A DNA stretch of 64,000 bases from Eledone cirrhosa (lineage: Eukaryota). The stretch lies in NCBI GenBank assembly GCA_964016885.1, contig OZ024740.1, forward strand, positions 109,926,001 to 109,990,000, in the 5' to 3' direction. The notes under the pieces were generated by a model, which searched no databases, was not told the origin of the DNA, and saw only the letters and a program-made list of their open reading frames with translations. This document shows positions 1-11,799 of this stretch, one piece after another. Every line of letters starts with the position of its first letter. Position 1 is the first letter of the stretch. The position numbers and the translations under genes were made by a program.

Positions 1-2
1 AT

Positions 3-1508
3 GGGGTTGTTCCGAAGGACTGGCGTAGCAGCATCATCGTTAACTGTTATAAGGGTAAAGGAGATGCCCTAGATAGGAGTAACTATAGAGGCATTAAATT
101 AATCGACCAGGTCATGAAGGTCACGGAAAAAGTAATAGCGCAACTAATCAGAGAGAGAATTGACCTAGATGAAATGCAGTTCGGGTTTGTGTCAGGCAAA
201 AGTACCACAGACGCTCTTTTCATTGTACGACAACTACAGGAGAAGTACCTAGCTAAAAGTAAACCCCTATACTTAACTTTCGTCGACTTGGAGAAAGCCT
301 TCGACAGAGTCCCCCGTTCCATTATCTGGTGGTCTCTTAGAAAACTAGGTGTCGACGAATGGCTTGTGAGAGCTATACAAGCCATGTATAAAGAAACAGT
401 CAGCAAGGTTAGAATTAACAACGAATATAGTGAAGAGTTTAGCGTAAAAGTTGGCGTCCATCAGGGCTCTGTTCTCAGCCCCCTACTATTTATTATTGCC
501 CTTCAGGCTATAACAGAGGAGTTCAAGACCGGCTGCCCATGGGAACTCCTATACGCAGACGACCTAACACTCATAGCTGAATCAATGGCCGAGCTAGAGA
601 AGAAGTTCCAAACATGGGAGCACGGCCTAGAATCAAAAGGCCTTAAAATTAACCTGGCTAAGACCAAAGTTCTAGTTTGTAGGAAAGAAAATAAGGCGGC
701 GGTCCCTTCCGGGAAGTGGCCATGCTCAGTGTGTAGGAAAGGCGTAGGTAGAAACTCCATTTTGTGTCAGAAATGCAAAGTATGGGTGCATAAAAGATGT
801 AGTGGGATCACAGGTAAGCTAACTAAGAACATAGATTTCACATGTGGCCGGTGCTCTGGTGCAATAAGTAGCAGCAAGTGCCCACAAAATACTAGCTCTT
901 TCAACTGCGCAGAGGGCTCTATAGAAATAGTGGACAGCTTCCGTTACCTGGGTGACAAAATCAGCAGTGGGGGAGGGTGCTCTGAAAGTACAATAGCTAG
1001 AGTCAGAACTGGATGGAAAAAGTTCAGAGAGCTTATACCACTATTAGCCGCTAAAGGGTTCTCCCTAAAAATGAATGGCAGGTTGTATGATGCCTGCATA
1101 CGGACAGCAATGTTGCATGACAGTGAGACCTGGGCATTGTGTGCAGAGGATATACGCAGACTAGAGAGGAACGAAGCTTGCATGCTCCGCTGGATGTGTA
1201 ATAGTAATATACGTGAATGGCAAAGCATAAACGAACTAAGGAAAAAATTAGAAATAAGAGGGATCAGATGTTGTTTACTCGAGAGAAGGCTACGTTGGTA
1301 TGGACACGTGATGCGCATGAAAGTCGATAGCTGTATAACAAAGTGCAGGGCAATAAAGATAGATGGTAGCCACGGAATAGGCAGACCTAGAAAAACCTGG
1401 GACGAGCTGATAAACTCCGACCTCACACACTTACACCTCTCCAAGACAATGTCACTGGACCGAGACCTTAGGCGGTACTCAGTAATAGAGAAGACCCGCC
1501 TTACCTAA
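3..1508 (+). CDS. RTE LINE reverse transcriptase (5'-incomplete) with inserted PHD-like zinc finger
   Basis: Motifs NYRGI, QFGF, FVDLEKAFD, GVHQGSVLSP, LLYADD, FRYLG, RLRWYGHV, GRPRKTW. The frame is open from position 3 with no stops. Confidence 0.92.
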   Translation, partial: GVVPKDWRSSIIVNCYKGKGDALDRSNYRGIKLIDQVMKVTEKVIAQLIRERIDLDEMQFGFVSGKSTTDALFIVRQLQEKYLAKSKPLYLTFVDLEKAFDRVPRSIIWWSLRKLGVDEWLVRAIQAMYKETVSKVRINNEYSEEFSVKVGVHQGSVLSPLLFIIALQAITEEFKTGCPWELLYADDLTLIAESMAELEKKFQTWEHGLESKGLKINLAKTKVLVCRKENKAAVPSGKWPCSVCRKGVGRNSILCQKCKVWVHKRCSGITGKLTKNIDFTCGRCSGAISSSKCPQNTSSFNCAEGSIEIVDSFRYLGDKISSGGGCSESTIARVRTGWKKFRELIPLLAAKGFSLKMNGRLYDACIRTAMLHDSETWALCAEDIRRLERNEACMLRWMCNSNIREWQSINELRKKLEIRGIRCCLLERRLRWYGHVMRMKVDSCITKCRAIKIDGSHGIGRPRKTWDELINSDLTHLHLSKTMSLDRDLRRYSVIEKTRLT

Positions 1509-1678
1509 ATACATAGTAAAACCTACTACAGTCAGTAGGCATCTCTAACAAAATACACCCCCGTCCCACCACCCCCACCCCATCCACACCGCCCCCTTCT
1601 ATGTAAAGTTATGTTGGTGCCACACCATCCAGGCCGAAACAAATGAGATCGTGTAGGTGTCACGACAAAAAAAACACA

Positions 1679-2131
1679 CAGTCCACGCTGTAATGTGGCC
1701 GTGTAGGCAACACGGTAAAAACCTCCCAGACCCACACTGTAAATGTGGTTGGTGTTAGGAAGGGCATCCAACTGTAGAAAACCCGCCAGACAGTCCACGC
1801 TGTAATGTGGCCGTGTAGGCAACATGGTAAAAACCTCCCAGCCCCACACTGTAAATGTGGTTGGTGTTAGGAAGGGCATCCAGCTGTAGAAAACCCGCCA
1901 GACAGACCACGCTGTAATGTGGCCGTGTAGGCAACACGGTAAAAACCTCCCAGCCCCACACTGTAAATGTGGTTGGTGTTAGGAAGGGCATCCAGCTGTA
2001 GAAAACCCGCCAGACAGACCACGCTGTAATGTGGCCGTGTAGGCAACACGGTAAAAACCTCCCAGACCCACACTGTAAATGTGGTTGGTGTTAGGAAGGG
2101 CATCCAACTGTAGAAAACCTGCCAGACAGTC
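1679..2131 (+). repeat. 112-bp tandem repeat x4 inside the LINE 3' UTR
   Basis: Unit start CAG(T/A)CC recurs at 1679, 1791, 1903, 2015 and 2127. Confidence 0.95.
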
Positions 2132-2806
2132 CTATGCGAGCAAGACAATCACTCTTGCCTCAAGTGGGAAAACCCCCGTCCAAACCCATGCAAGCGTGGA
2201 ACACGGACGTTAAACGTTGATGATGATGATGATGATTATAAAAAGTCAAAGAAGAATCTTAACATTTCAGATGCTAACCCTTCATTAGATGTTAGATGTT
2301 GAGAGAAGAGAGAGGATGTTTTGTAAAGAGAAAGAAAAGAAAACAGATAAGAGAAAAAAAAACCCACAAAAAACAAACAAACAAAAAATAAGAAAGAAAA
2401 AACGAACAACAAAAAGTAGAGAGAAAAATTCTTGTTACTAACCTGCCTGAAGTGGCACCTAGTTCTATGATACAAAACTACAAAACTGTCTATTTTAAAA
2501 TGTTTTATAGCTGGATGCTTTTCCTGGTGCAAATTCTTAGTCACTTCTTACAACATGCCAGGATATGGTGTACATATTTTAAAACAGATATACACAGTAA
2601 TGTTTTTAAGTGTTTATACTTATCTAAAATCCTTCCATCAAAATTCAATGTAAGAACATTTGTTAAGTTAGCTTAACAATGAGAAACTTAGATATTTTAG
2701 TAAATCTTTCCAAATTCTTATTTTCAAAATTAATTGAAAATCATGTACAGTGCCTGTCATGAAGAAGGGTTACAATTGTTTTAGGTTGGTTAGTTTGGTC
2801 TGTATA

Positions 2807-5800
2807 TCATCATCACCGTTTTACGTCCGTTCTTCCATGCTAGCATGGGTTAGACGGGTTGTCCTGTTGTGGGCAGTGTCTGGTCGGCTGACCATGCCTT
2901 GCTCATACAGGAACTGATTTGGCTTGATTTCTACAGCTGGATGCCCTTCCTAACACCAACCTCATTTACAGTGAGTGCTGGGTGCTTTTTCGTGGCGCCT
3001 ACACGTCCACTTTACAGTGTGGGCTGGGTGCTTTTTTTGCCGTGGCACCTCCACAACCACCTTGCAGTGGGGGGGGCATATTGTCTATATGCTTCAGCTT
3101 GTACCCATGGGAGGTCGGGTACTCTGTATTACTGCATGACGCCAGAGGTCACGGTCGTGTGTCATCGCCTTTGAGAGGTGTAATTGAGTAAGGTCGGCTT
3201 TTATCACCTCATCCCAGGTCATCTTGGGTCTCCCCACTCCGCGGTTCCCATCGACATCTAGTGCTCTGCACCTTTTTATGCAGCTGTCATCCTTCATACA
3301 CATCACATGTCCATACCAACGCAACCGCCTCTCCTGCACACAGCATTTGATTCCTCTTATGCTCAGTCTCTCTCTCAATTCATTTATGCTTTGTCGTTCG
3401 CGTATGTTACTATTACACATCCATCGGAGCATGCAGGCTTCGTTTCTCTCTAATCTACGTAAGTCTTCCACCTTCAGCGCCCAGGTCTCACTACCATGCA
3501 ACATCGCTGTTCGGATACATGCATCATGCAGTCTGCTTTTCATTTTGAGGGAGAAGCCTTTTGCAGCTAGCAGTGGTAGTAGTTCCCTAAACTTCTTCCA
3601 TCCCGTTCTTACCCTAGTTATTGTACTTTCTGAACACCCACTTCCGCTGCTAATTCAGTCACCTAGGTAGCAGAAGCTGTCAACTGTTTCTACAGAGCCC
3701 TCCCAGAGATTGGTGGTACTTGTTTCCTGTGGCTGTTTGCTGCTTGCTGTCCCAGCACAGCTGCTGCATGTGAAGCCTACATTCTTAATTAAGCTTCCTG
3801 AGATCCCGCTACATCTCTTGTGTACCCATTGTTTGCATTTGGGGCAGAGAATGGAGTTCCTACCTACACCTTTCCTACATACTGAGCAAGGCCATTTCCC
3901 TGAGGGGATCTGGGTTCTGTTTTCTCGTCTACTTACAAGGACCTTAGTCTTTGTCATGTTGACTTTGAGACCCTTTCTTTCTAGTCCCTGCTTCCAAGTT
4001 TGGAATTTCTTCTCTAGTTCCACCATAGATTCAGCTATAAGTGCGAGGTCATCAGCATACAGGAGTTCCCATGGGCATCCGGTTTTAAACTCCTCCGTTA
4101 TTGCCTGCAGGACTATGATGAACAGGAGGGGGCTAAGAACAGAGCCCTGGTGGACCTCAACCTGTATGCTAAATTCCTCGCTATACTCATTGCTAATCCT
4201 AACTTTGCTGACTGCTCCCCTATACATGGTTTGTACCGCTTTCACAAGCCATTCATCTACTCCTAGTTTTCTAAGAGCCCACCAGATTACAGCACGTGGA
4301 ACTCTGTCAAAGGCTTTCTCAAGGTCGACAAATGCCAGGTAGAGTGGCTTACTTTTAGCTAGGCACTTTTCCTGTAACTGCCTGATGAGGAAGAGGGCAT
4401 CAGTGGTGCCTCTTCCTGGTACAAACCCAAATTGCATCTCGTCTAGTTTCACCCGGTCCCTAATCAACTGTGCTATAACTCTTTCTGTTATTTTCATGAC
4501 CTGGTCCATCAGATTTATACCTCTATAGTTTCCTCTATCTAGTGCATCACCTTTACCTTTGTAGCAGTTGACAATGATGCTACTGCACCAATCTTTTGGT
4601 ATGACACCTTCTAGTATTACCTGGTTAACAATACGTGTGGTTATAGTGTGACCTACAGACCCAGATGCCTTCAGCATCTCGGCAGCTATACCCAATGGAC
4701 CGGTTGCCTTCCCCATCTTCATATCTTTGATTGCCTTACTTACTACGCTGCTGCTGACTTGTACTGCTTCTTCCCATGCATTCTCCTCATTTAGTAATCT
4801 ATCATAATGACTCTTCCATGCATCTTTCTTCTCAGCACTTGTGAGGGCAAGCTCACCTTTATCATTCTGGATACACTTCTCTCCAATGACATCACAATTC
4901 TCTCTGACACACTGCCTCGCAATCTTGAACACCTCCTGCTTCTGGTCCTCACGTTGCAAAACATGCTTAAATTTTCTATCCTCTGCTTCCCTCCTAGCTA
5001 AGTATACTTGTCGCCTAGCTTCCCTCTTGGTCTCTATGTAATGTACCCTGCTCCCCCCATTCTTCCATTCTTTCCATGCCTGTCTCTTGGCCTTAACTGC
5101 CTCATCTACCTTATTGTTCCACCACCAAGTCACTCTTCTCCTGCTTGTGGTCTTACTCCAGCCACAGACCTCATCTGTTGCCTCTAGTAAGTTATTTTTT
5201 AGGAACTCCCACTTCTCTTCTACATTGAATGTCTCTATCTGTTCTTCTTTACTGTCGTAGGCGTTGAGTAAAATATCTTTAAATCTGTTACTGGTTGAGG
5301 GGACTTTCAGCTTCCAGATCTTTCTTCTCCAGATTGGCCTCTGTTTCCAGGTTCGTCTAGTTCTGACCGTGAGGTCGCTGACAACTAAGCTATGTTGGGA
5401 TGTACATTCCTCACTAGGGAAGGCTTTTGTGTTTACGACTGTCCATCTGTCACGTCCTCTGATGAGAATAAAATCTATCTGACTGGAATGCTCCCCTGAT
5501 CTATAGGTGATCAGGTGGTTGTCGGGTTTCTTAAAGTTTGTGTTACATATCGACATGTCATTGGCGTCGCAGAATTCTAGAAGTCCGAATCCTTCCTCAT
5601 TTCTTGTGCCAACCCCATGGCCTCCATGTACTCTATTGAAGCCATCACAGTGTTTACCTACGTGTCCGTTAAAATCTACTGCGATGATTAGGAAGGCATT
5701 GTCGTTTGTTAGAGCAGTAGTGTGCATTAGGGACTCGTAAAACCTATCCTTAAGTTCGTCTGGCAACCCCAATTGGGGTGCGTAAGCTGATATTATTGTG

Positions 5801-6034
5801 GTAATTGTTTTATTCAGGACTAGTCTGAGTTTAATGATTCTTGCATTTACCCTGTACACTGAGATTACTTTATCTACCCACTTGTCAGCTAGTAGTATAC
5901 CTACACCACCCATCCCATCATCATTTCCCACCCAGAAAAATTTGTAGCACCAACTTTTTCCTACAAGGACTCTAGCAGACTCTCCTCTCCATCTAGTCTC
6001 TTGCACACAGCATACATAAATTTCCTTTCGCTCT
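2807..6034 (-). mobile_element. RTE-clade LINE (subfamily B), 5'-truncated, APE endonuclease + RT
   Basis: (CAT)n tail at ~2807. ORF has APE motifs QETRW, SAYAPQ, DFNGHVG, QIDFIL, SQH and RT motif YADD. Confidence 0.93.
3094..6006 (-). pseudogene. RTE ORF (APE-RT-PHD) broken by one in-frame TGA at 3655-3657
   Basis: Track ORFs 3655..6006 and 3094..3543 are in the same frame (YLGD*ISSGSGCSES...). Confidence 0.88.
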
Positions 6035-6191
6035 GTATATGTATATGTCCTGTATATATTCTGTATATATTCTAAACTGGACCATTTAGAATATAAATCT
6101 CTTACAAGTTAACAATACACAGTTAATATATTTGAAAGAAAGTGTAGATGGTAGCTTTTGTGGGGATTAAGGTCTTCGTTTACTTCTTTGT

Positions 6192-6540
6192 GAAGGTGTA
6201 TGGTTTAATGGTTAGAGTGCTCGGCTGTTGGCCATAAGCTTGTGAGTTCGATTCCCAGACCAGATGGCATGTAGTGTCCTTGAACAAGACACTTTATTTC
6301 ATGTTGCTCTATTCCACTCAGCTGGAAAAATGAATTGGGACAACGCGGGTGCCAAGTTGTATCAGCTTTTGTATTTTCTTTGGACAACATCAGTGTCATG
6401 GAAAGGAGGTGACTTGCATACATGTGGGATTGCAAATCTTCCACAAAACTCCTTGCTCAGGTCAAATGCCTTGGAGAGGCAAACCCGTGCTCTGTCTGTC
6501 ATGGGAGCATAACCCATGATTAGTTATGGTCAAAGGGAGC
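6192..6540 (+). mobile_element. tRNA-derived SINE with CORE-like central block
   Basis: A box TGGTTTAATGG, B box GTTCGATTCC, then GTGTCCTTGAACAAGACACTTTATTTC. A related copy lies at ~13695-13955. Confidence 0.75.
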
Positions 6541-6843
6541 CCTTTTCTTCTTTATTGACCATTAGCTAAAATTCTGCCATATTCATTGGTCTGGGAGTTT
6601 AGGGAATTTCACATAATTTACCTCAGTGAAGATTTATAAACCTTACCCTCATTTAATTCTATGTATCCAGTTTAGAATAGGTGCACTATTCCCCTGTGCA
6701 ATGTAAAAGGTGTCTAAAAGAGTTGGCACCAGGAAGGGCATCCAGTTGTAAAACCTAGCTGAAAAAAGGACCCCATGATGAATAAGATTAAATTTGTCAT
6801 GAAACTCTTACAACCCCTTCTTTAGCATCGAAAATGTCTTTAA

Positions 6844-7056
6844 CCTTTAGCATTTAAACCGGCCATATCTGGCCAAAATTCTCTTTCTATTCAAACCTGC
6901 AGTAACCAGACACTCATACTGATGTTAAGGTATTGTTCTCAAAATAAATAATATCAAAATCTCATAGATTAAATATTATGTGAGATAATTATGTGAGGTA
7001 AAGCATTTACCGTGAAAATATAATAGTAAAAATAGAGTAATGTAAATGCTAAAGAG
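6844..7056. mobile_element. piggyBac-like MITE
   Basis: TTAA on both sides (6840-6843, 7057-7060). TIRs CCTTTAGCATTTA / TAAATGCTAAAGAG. Similar TTAAC(C/T)CTTT ends occur at ~7929, 28581, 29247 and 29962. Confidence 0.65.
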
Positions 7057-8389
7057 TTAAAGTGGTGGCTGCCACATTCCCACTTGACTATGAAGAAACA
7101 CTCTTTGTACTAAACCCATCTTCAATAAATTTTCTTCAATCAAAATATCTAAATCTGAAGAATCTTTATCTAACCAGGAATTGGTAGGTAGTGGATGTTT
7201 ACACAGAATAAATATATAAATAGATACATAAATAAATGCAATCAAAGTAAATTGAACAGTTCACAAAGGAATTTGTGGAAATGGGGCAGGGAGGGAGGGA
7301 ATAGAAAGCTAAATGGACTGGAATATGCTGGAAGACAAAGAGAGAAAAAGATAGAGGAGGAGATTATGGCAAATAATAGAGAGGACAAAGAGTGAACGAG
7401 ATAGAAAGTGAGATAAGCAGAAAGTGACATACACACACAAACACACATAGAGATAAAAGGATGGATTGTATGTAAGTAAATGGATATATAAATATATATC
7501 TAGTGGATATATATATATATATATATATATATAATGGCTGAATTCTCTGTTGTAAGATTAATGGAAACAATTTCCAGCCTATCAGACACCTGAGAATGTT
7601 CCTCCTTAAGCTAAAATACCATTTTCTCTATGGTATACAGAAAATTTTATAATGTTTCCAAAGAAATTGAATGGTTTTTGTCATTATTGCATTTAGCCAT
7701 TGAAAAGCTTTTACCACAATTGCCTGATAGATGTCACTGCTGATGCCATCATCACTGTTGTCATCATCATCATCCTCGTCACTGACATCACCGACATCAT
7801 CATCACCATAATTAACATCACTGTCATCAGCATCATCATCACCATCAAATTTAAATGCTTGTTCTTCCATACAAACATAGCTTAGATGTTATAATTTATA
7901 TAAAATCAACGAGTTAAAAGTTTAAAATTAACTCTTTCATTACCATATCTTTAATAAAATACACTAACAATGTGTTTCAATTAATTTTGAAAATAATTAA
8001 AAAACTGTAGAAATTTAATTAAATATCTTTTTGATAAGTAAGCTGGTGTCTGGAACATTATTTATCAAAATTTCTTAGAAAATATTGTTTTGTTTGAAGG
8101 CTACCACAATGTGAACTGGATGGTAAATGTAAACAATATGATGTTGTGATGTTACTTGTAGTTCTTTATAAATCCTTATATTTCAGGATAAAATCCCTTC
8201 ATCAAAAGATTAATAGAAGAAACTAATTTGGAGCTGTATATATTTCGTTACTCTTAAAAAAAATCTAAAAGTGGTGTTTTTTTTCTTTCAATGCTGAAAA
8301 TGGTGAATAGACCACTAGGTATGTGATCTAAGCTATGATGTTGGATGGTTTTAAAATAAATATATATACTAACATTTTGAAATAGGCAG

Positions 8390-9020
8390 TTTTGTGTCAT
8401 AGAATTTTATATTTGGATAATTTTTCCATTTCTTTGAGAGATAAATTATTATTTGTTGGGACTGATATGAGTCATTTCTTTTCATGGTGGTTTCTTACTA
8501 CAACATCTAGTCTTAATTTCATTGTCTGTGTGTATGGTTATTCTCTGAAACCTTTTCTGGTGCAGGTCTACACCAGAGAAGGTTTCAGAGAAAAGCAATA
8601 CATACAGACAAGGAAATCACTGCTGATCGACAAGATATTCATCATCATCATCATCATCATCGTTTAACGTCCGTGTTCCACGCTTGCATGGGTTTGGACG
8701 GGAGTTTTCCCACTTGAGGCAAGAGTGATTGTCTTGCTCGCATAGGACTGTCTGGCGGGTTTTCTACAGCTGGATGTCCTTCCTAACACCAACCACATTT
8801 ACAGTGTGGGGCTGGGAGGTTTTTACCGTGTTGCCTACACGGCCACATTACAGCATGGACTGTGTGTTTTTTGTCGTGACACCTACACGATCTCATTTGT
8901 TGTAGTAGGAAAACCACCATGAAAAGAAATGATTCTCTGTCAACATATCAGTCCCAACAAATGATAATGTATCTCTGAAAGACATGGAGAAATTATCCAA
9001 ATATAAAGAACTAGACATAG
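8390..9020. repeat. Fold-back element with nested inner hairpin, interrupted by an RTE tail
   Basis: 8393-8503 is inverted at 8898-9019. Inner hairpin at 8523-8610 (TCTCTGAAACCTTTTCTGGTG...CACCAGAGAAGGTTTCAGAGA). Confidence 0.75.
8640..8897 (-). mobile_element. RTE subfamily A 3' UTR fragment
   Basis: Reverse complement of the 1640-2236 UTR with a single repeat unit and (CAT)n tail. Confidence 0.85.
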
Positions 9021-9308
9021 CAATAACCTGAACATGGGTGTTGAGAACAGAAGTAATCCCTATAATGATAATTGCCTTGAGAATGATAAAAACCAAATGT
9101 AGATCAATATATAACCAAAACCCTCCCCAAGATTCATAAATACTGTATATGAAACATACAGCAAATAGCACTTTGAGGCACTGCATATATGTTACATGGG
9201 CTACTTTTAATACATGGGAAGAACAATAACATCAAAACATAACACAGCACATTACCAAACACTCATTGAGTTGCAGTGACAGCATGTAATAAAAATAATA
9301 CTGAACAA

Positions 9309-9340
<32 letters not shown>

Positions 9341-10092
9341 ATGATTCTTTTGTTTATTAGCCAGAAGGGTGCCAGATGTTGAGGACAATACAAGGATGGA
9401 AAACAGAAAAAGAAAGTGAAGGTTTAGATAGAATAAAGGGAAGGGGAAACCAACAAAGGGAAACTGTAGATATAACAATAATGGTAATAAATAGTTAGAA
9501 CAATAAACAACAACAATAGTAATAACAATAAGAGAAAACATGAAAAATAGGAAATAAGAATATGATAAATGTATTTTTGAATTAGAATTACAGCCGTTAT
9601 TTATTACACAAAGGTGTTTTATAGACAACATAAACATACAGGAGATTGTTGTATTGTTGTTGTTGTTGCTTTATGTGTATTTATACTTTGGTTTGTTGAA
9701 GAAAGAAGGAAAAACAAAGAAACAACATATACAACATGTACAACAACAGCAACAAACAAAAAAGAAAGAAGGCAAACAACAAACACAAGAACGACAGCAA
9801 CAAACACAAATCAAGTTATCTTTTGATGTGGGGGAAAACATGAAATAAATAAATGAACTACTCATCCATTTATTGGTGTCTAGTCTGTGGTAGGAATTTG
9901 TGTATGTGTGGGCATATGTAAGTATATGTGTGTGTACATTTGCATATATATATACATATATGAGTGTAGGTTTGTGTGTGTATGCATGCATATATTTCAG
10001 CGAGCCTGAGTGTAAATATGTGTGTATGTATATATTTATATATATATATAACCAATGCTAGTATGGAGGATGGACGTTAAACTATGATGATG

Positions 10093-10140
<48 letters not shown>

Positions 10141-10196
10141 ATAATAATAATAATAATAATAATAGGTATAAATCAAAGTTGTAGCTGCAGGAGAAC

Positions 10197-10247
<51 letters not shown>

Positions 10248-10821
10248 GTATACACATATGTATACATATGTGTCTGGCATGTGTTTCAATGTGTTTGACT
10301 GAGTAAATATGTATGTATAACTGCATACATTTGTATATATATGAGTGTGTTGTGTATTGTGTGTCCATTCTACCTTATTACATTTAAATGCTTTCATCTT
10401 CATTGCTATGTAACAATTGCATTACTGATGCAGCATTATTACAATCCTGATGCAGATTATAATTATCATATTTGCACAAACACATACACACACACACATA
10501 TATATATATATAGAAATGTACACATACATAATTAGATACATACAGTCATGCATACATATACATACAGACACATATACACACATGCAAACATACATATACA
10601 CAGTCACATACAGAGATGTACACACACATACACACATACAGAAGATAGACAGACAGGATGTACACACAAGCAGACAGACACAGAAAGGTGCATGCATATA
10701 GTTTCTTGAAAAATGTTTACATGTATAAATATATGATACACATACATGCAGGTAAGTACATAGTCAATATAAATAAGATCCTTGATCCCCCCACCCCACC
10801 CACCCCCACCGTACACATACA

Positions 10822-11605
10822 CAGTGGGGCATAAGTTTGGAAGCAAATTTTTGAAATTTGATTTCTAAATGTGTTGTAAGTATATCATTAATCTTTTATT
10901 TTCATGTTAAAACATTAGTCTATGTTAACATATTGGACTTTGTTTGAATTTCTTAAAGAATTTGAATATGTCATCCAATAGAGAAATGATACTCAAACTT
11001 CATCACGGAGGGAAGTCAGATTCGGATATTGCAAAATTAATTTGGGTTGCAAGATCTACTGTTTGGAAAACTGTGAAGCGTTTTAAAGAGCAAGGACATT
11101 TGTCGGATGGACCCAGAAGTGGAAGACCACAAACTAAACGGACCCCTACTCTCATAAAACCGTTTGAAAAAGGATAAGAAGAAATCTGAAAAAGTCCATG
11201 AGAAAAATGGCAAAAGATGTCTGAGTAAGCCCTAGTAGCAATAAGAAGGATCATCAATGATGACTTGGGAATGTCTTCCTTCGCCTTTCAAAAGCAACAA
11301 ACCCTTTCTGAAAGGACGAAACAAAAAAGGCTAGAGAGAAGCAAGAATTTGCTTAAAGAAATGAAACGTGGCACGGTGGAGGAAATTGTCAGGTCAGATT
11401 AAAAGATTTTCACTGTTGAGCAGACACACAACTGAAGAAATGATGGAATCATTAGAAAAAAACATCAGCAATTAGTGTACACCCAAAATCTGTATTCTAT
11501 ACAATGAAACCAGCTTCTGTTATGGTCTAGGGGGCTCTTTCATCATCTTGGAGGTCTCCTCTTATTTTTGTGGAAGAAAGGACAAAAATCAGCCCCCAAT
11601 CTTAC
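10822..11605 (+). mobile_element. Degenerate Tc1/mariner (maT-like) transposon, 3'-truncated
   Basis: Starts CAGTGGGG. HTH N-terminus SDIAKLIWVARSTVWKTVKRF...PRSGRP. First catalytic region SD*KIFTVEQ..N. Many stops. Confidence 0.8.
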
Positions 11606-11799
11606 TTAAATGGAAGAAGAGTCTTCTTGACTCTTTTTAGCATGGTTTCTATAGTGAAGTGGCCTCCTATTGCTGCCCACTTTAGAGGATATACTGGGTG
11701 CATTTTTCGAGGGCATGTATATTGTTTGTGAGAAATAGCTACTGAGGAGCATAGATGCAGTGGATGTACATTTGTATATATATATATATATATATATAT

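Larger units (their letters stand above)
1..2236 (+). mobile_element. RTE-clade LINE (subfamily A), 3' part including 3' UTR and (GAT)n tail
   Basis: RT ORF open from the window edge to 1508. The 3' UTR ends GGACGTTAAACG-(TGA)n at ~2205-2236. Confidence 0.93.

Noticed and set aside
83-1444. Antisense ORFs over LINE/PLE coding regions (also 3224-5740, 41252-41877, 55335-56102)
   Set aside because: Shadow frames of the RT ORFs with no independent motifs.
2257-2288. Hammerhead on the minus strand (CUAAUGA...GAAA)
   Set aside because: Core is mutated and stems are weak; at most a decayed PLE-end remnant, so it is not called as a feature.
3655-3657. In-frame TGA in the RTE ORF as recoding
   Set aside because: Sister copies have Lys at this position (YLGDKI), so this is a simple nonsense mutation.
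6066-6105. Minus-strand EIYILNGP resembling the next SelJ exon
   Set aside because: Flanked by in-frame stops on both sides with no acceptor in the required phase; likely chance.
7628-7870. Asp-rich ORF
   Set aside because: Degenerate (CAT)n microsatellite.
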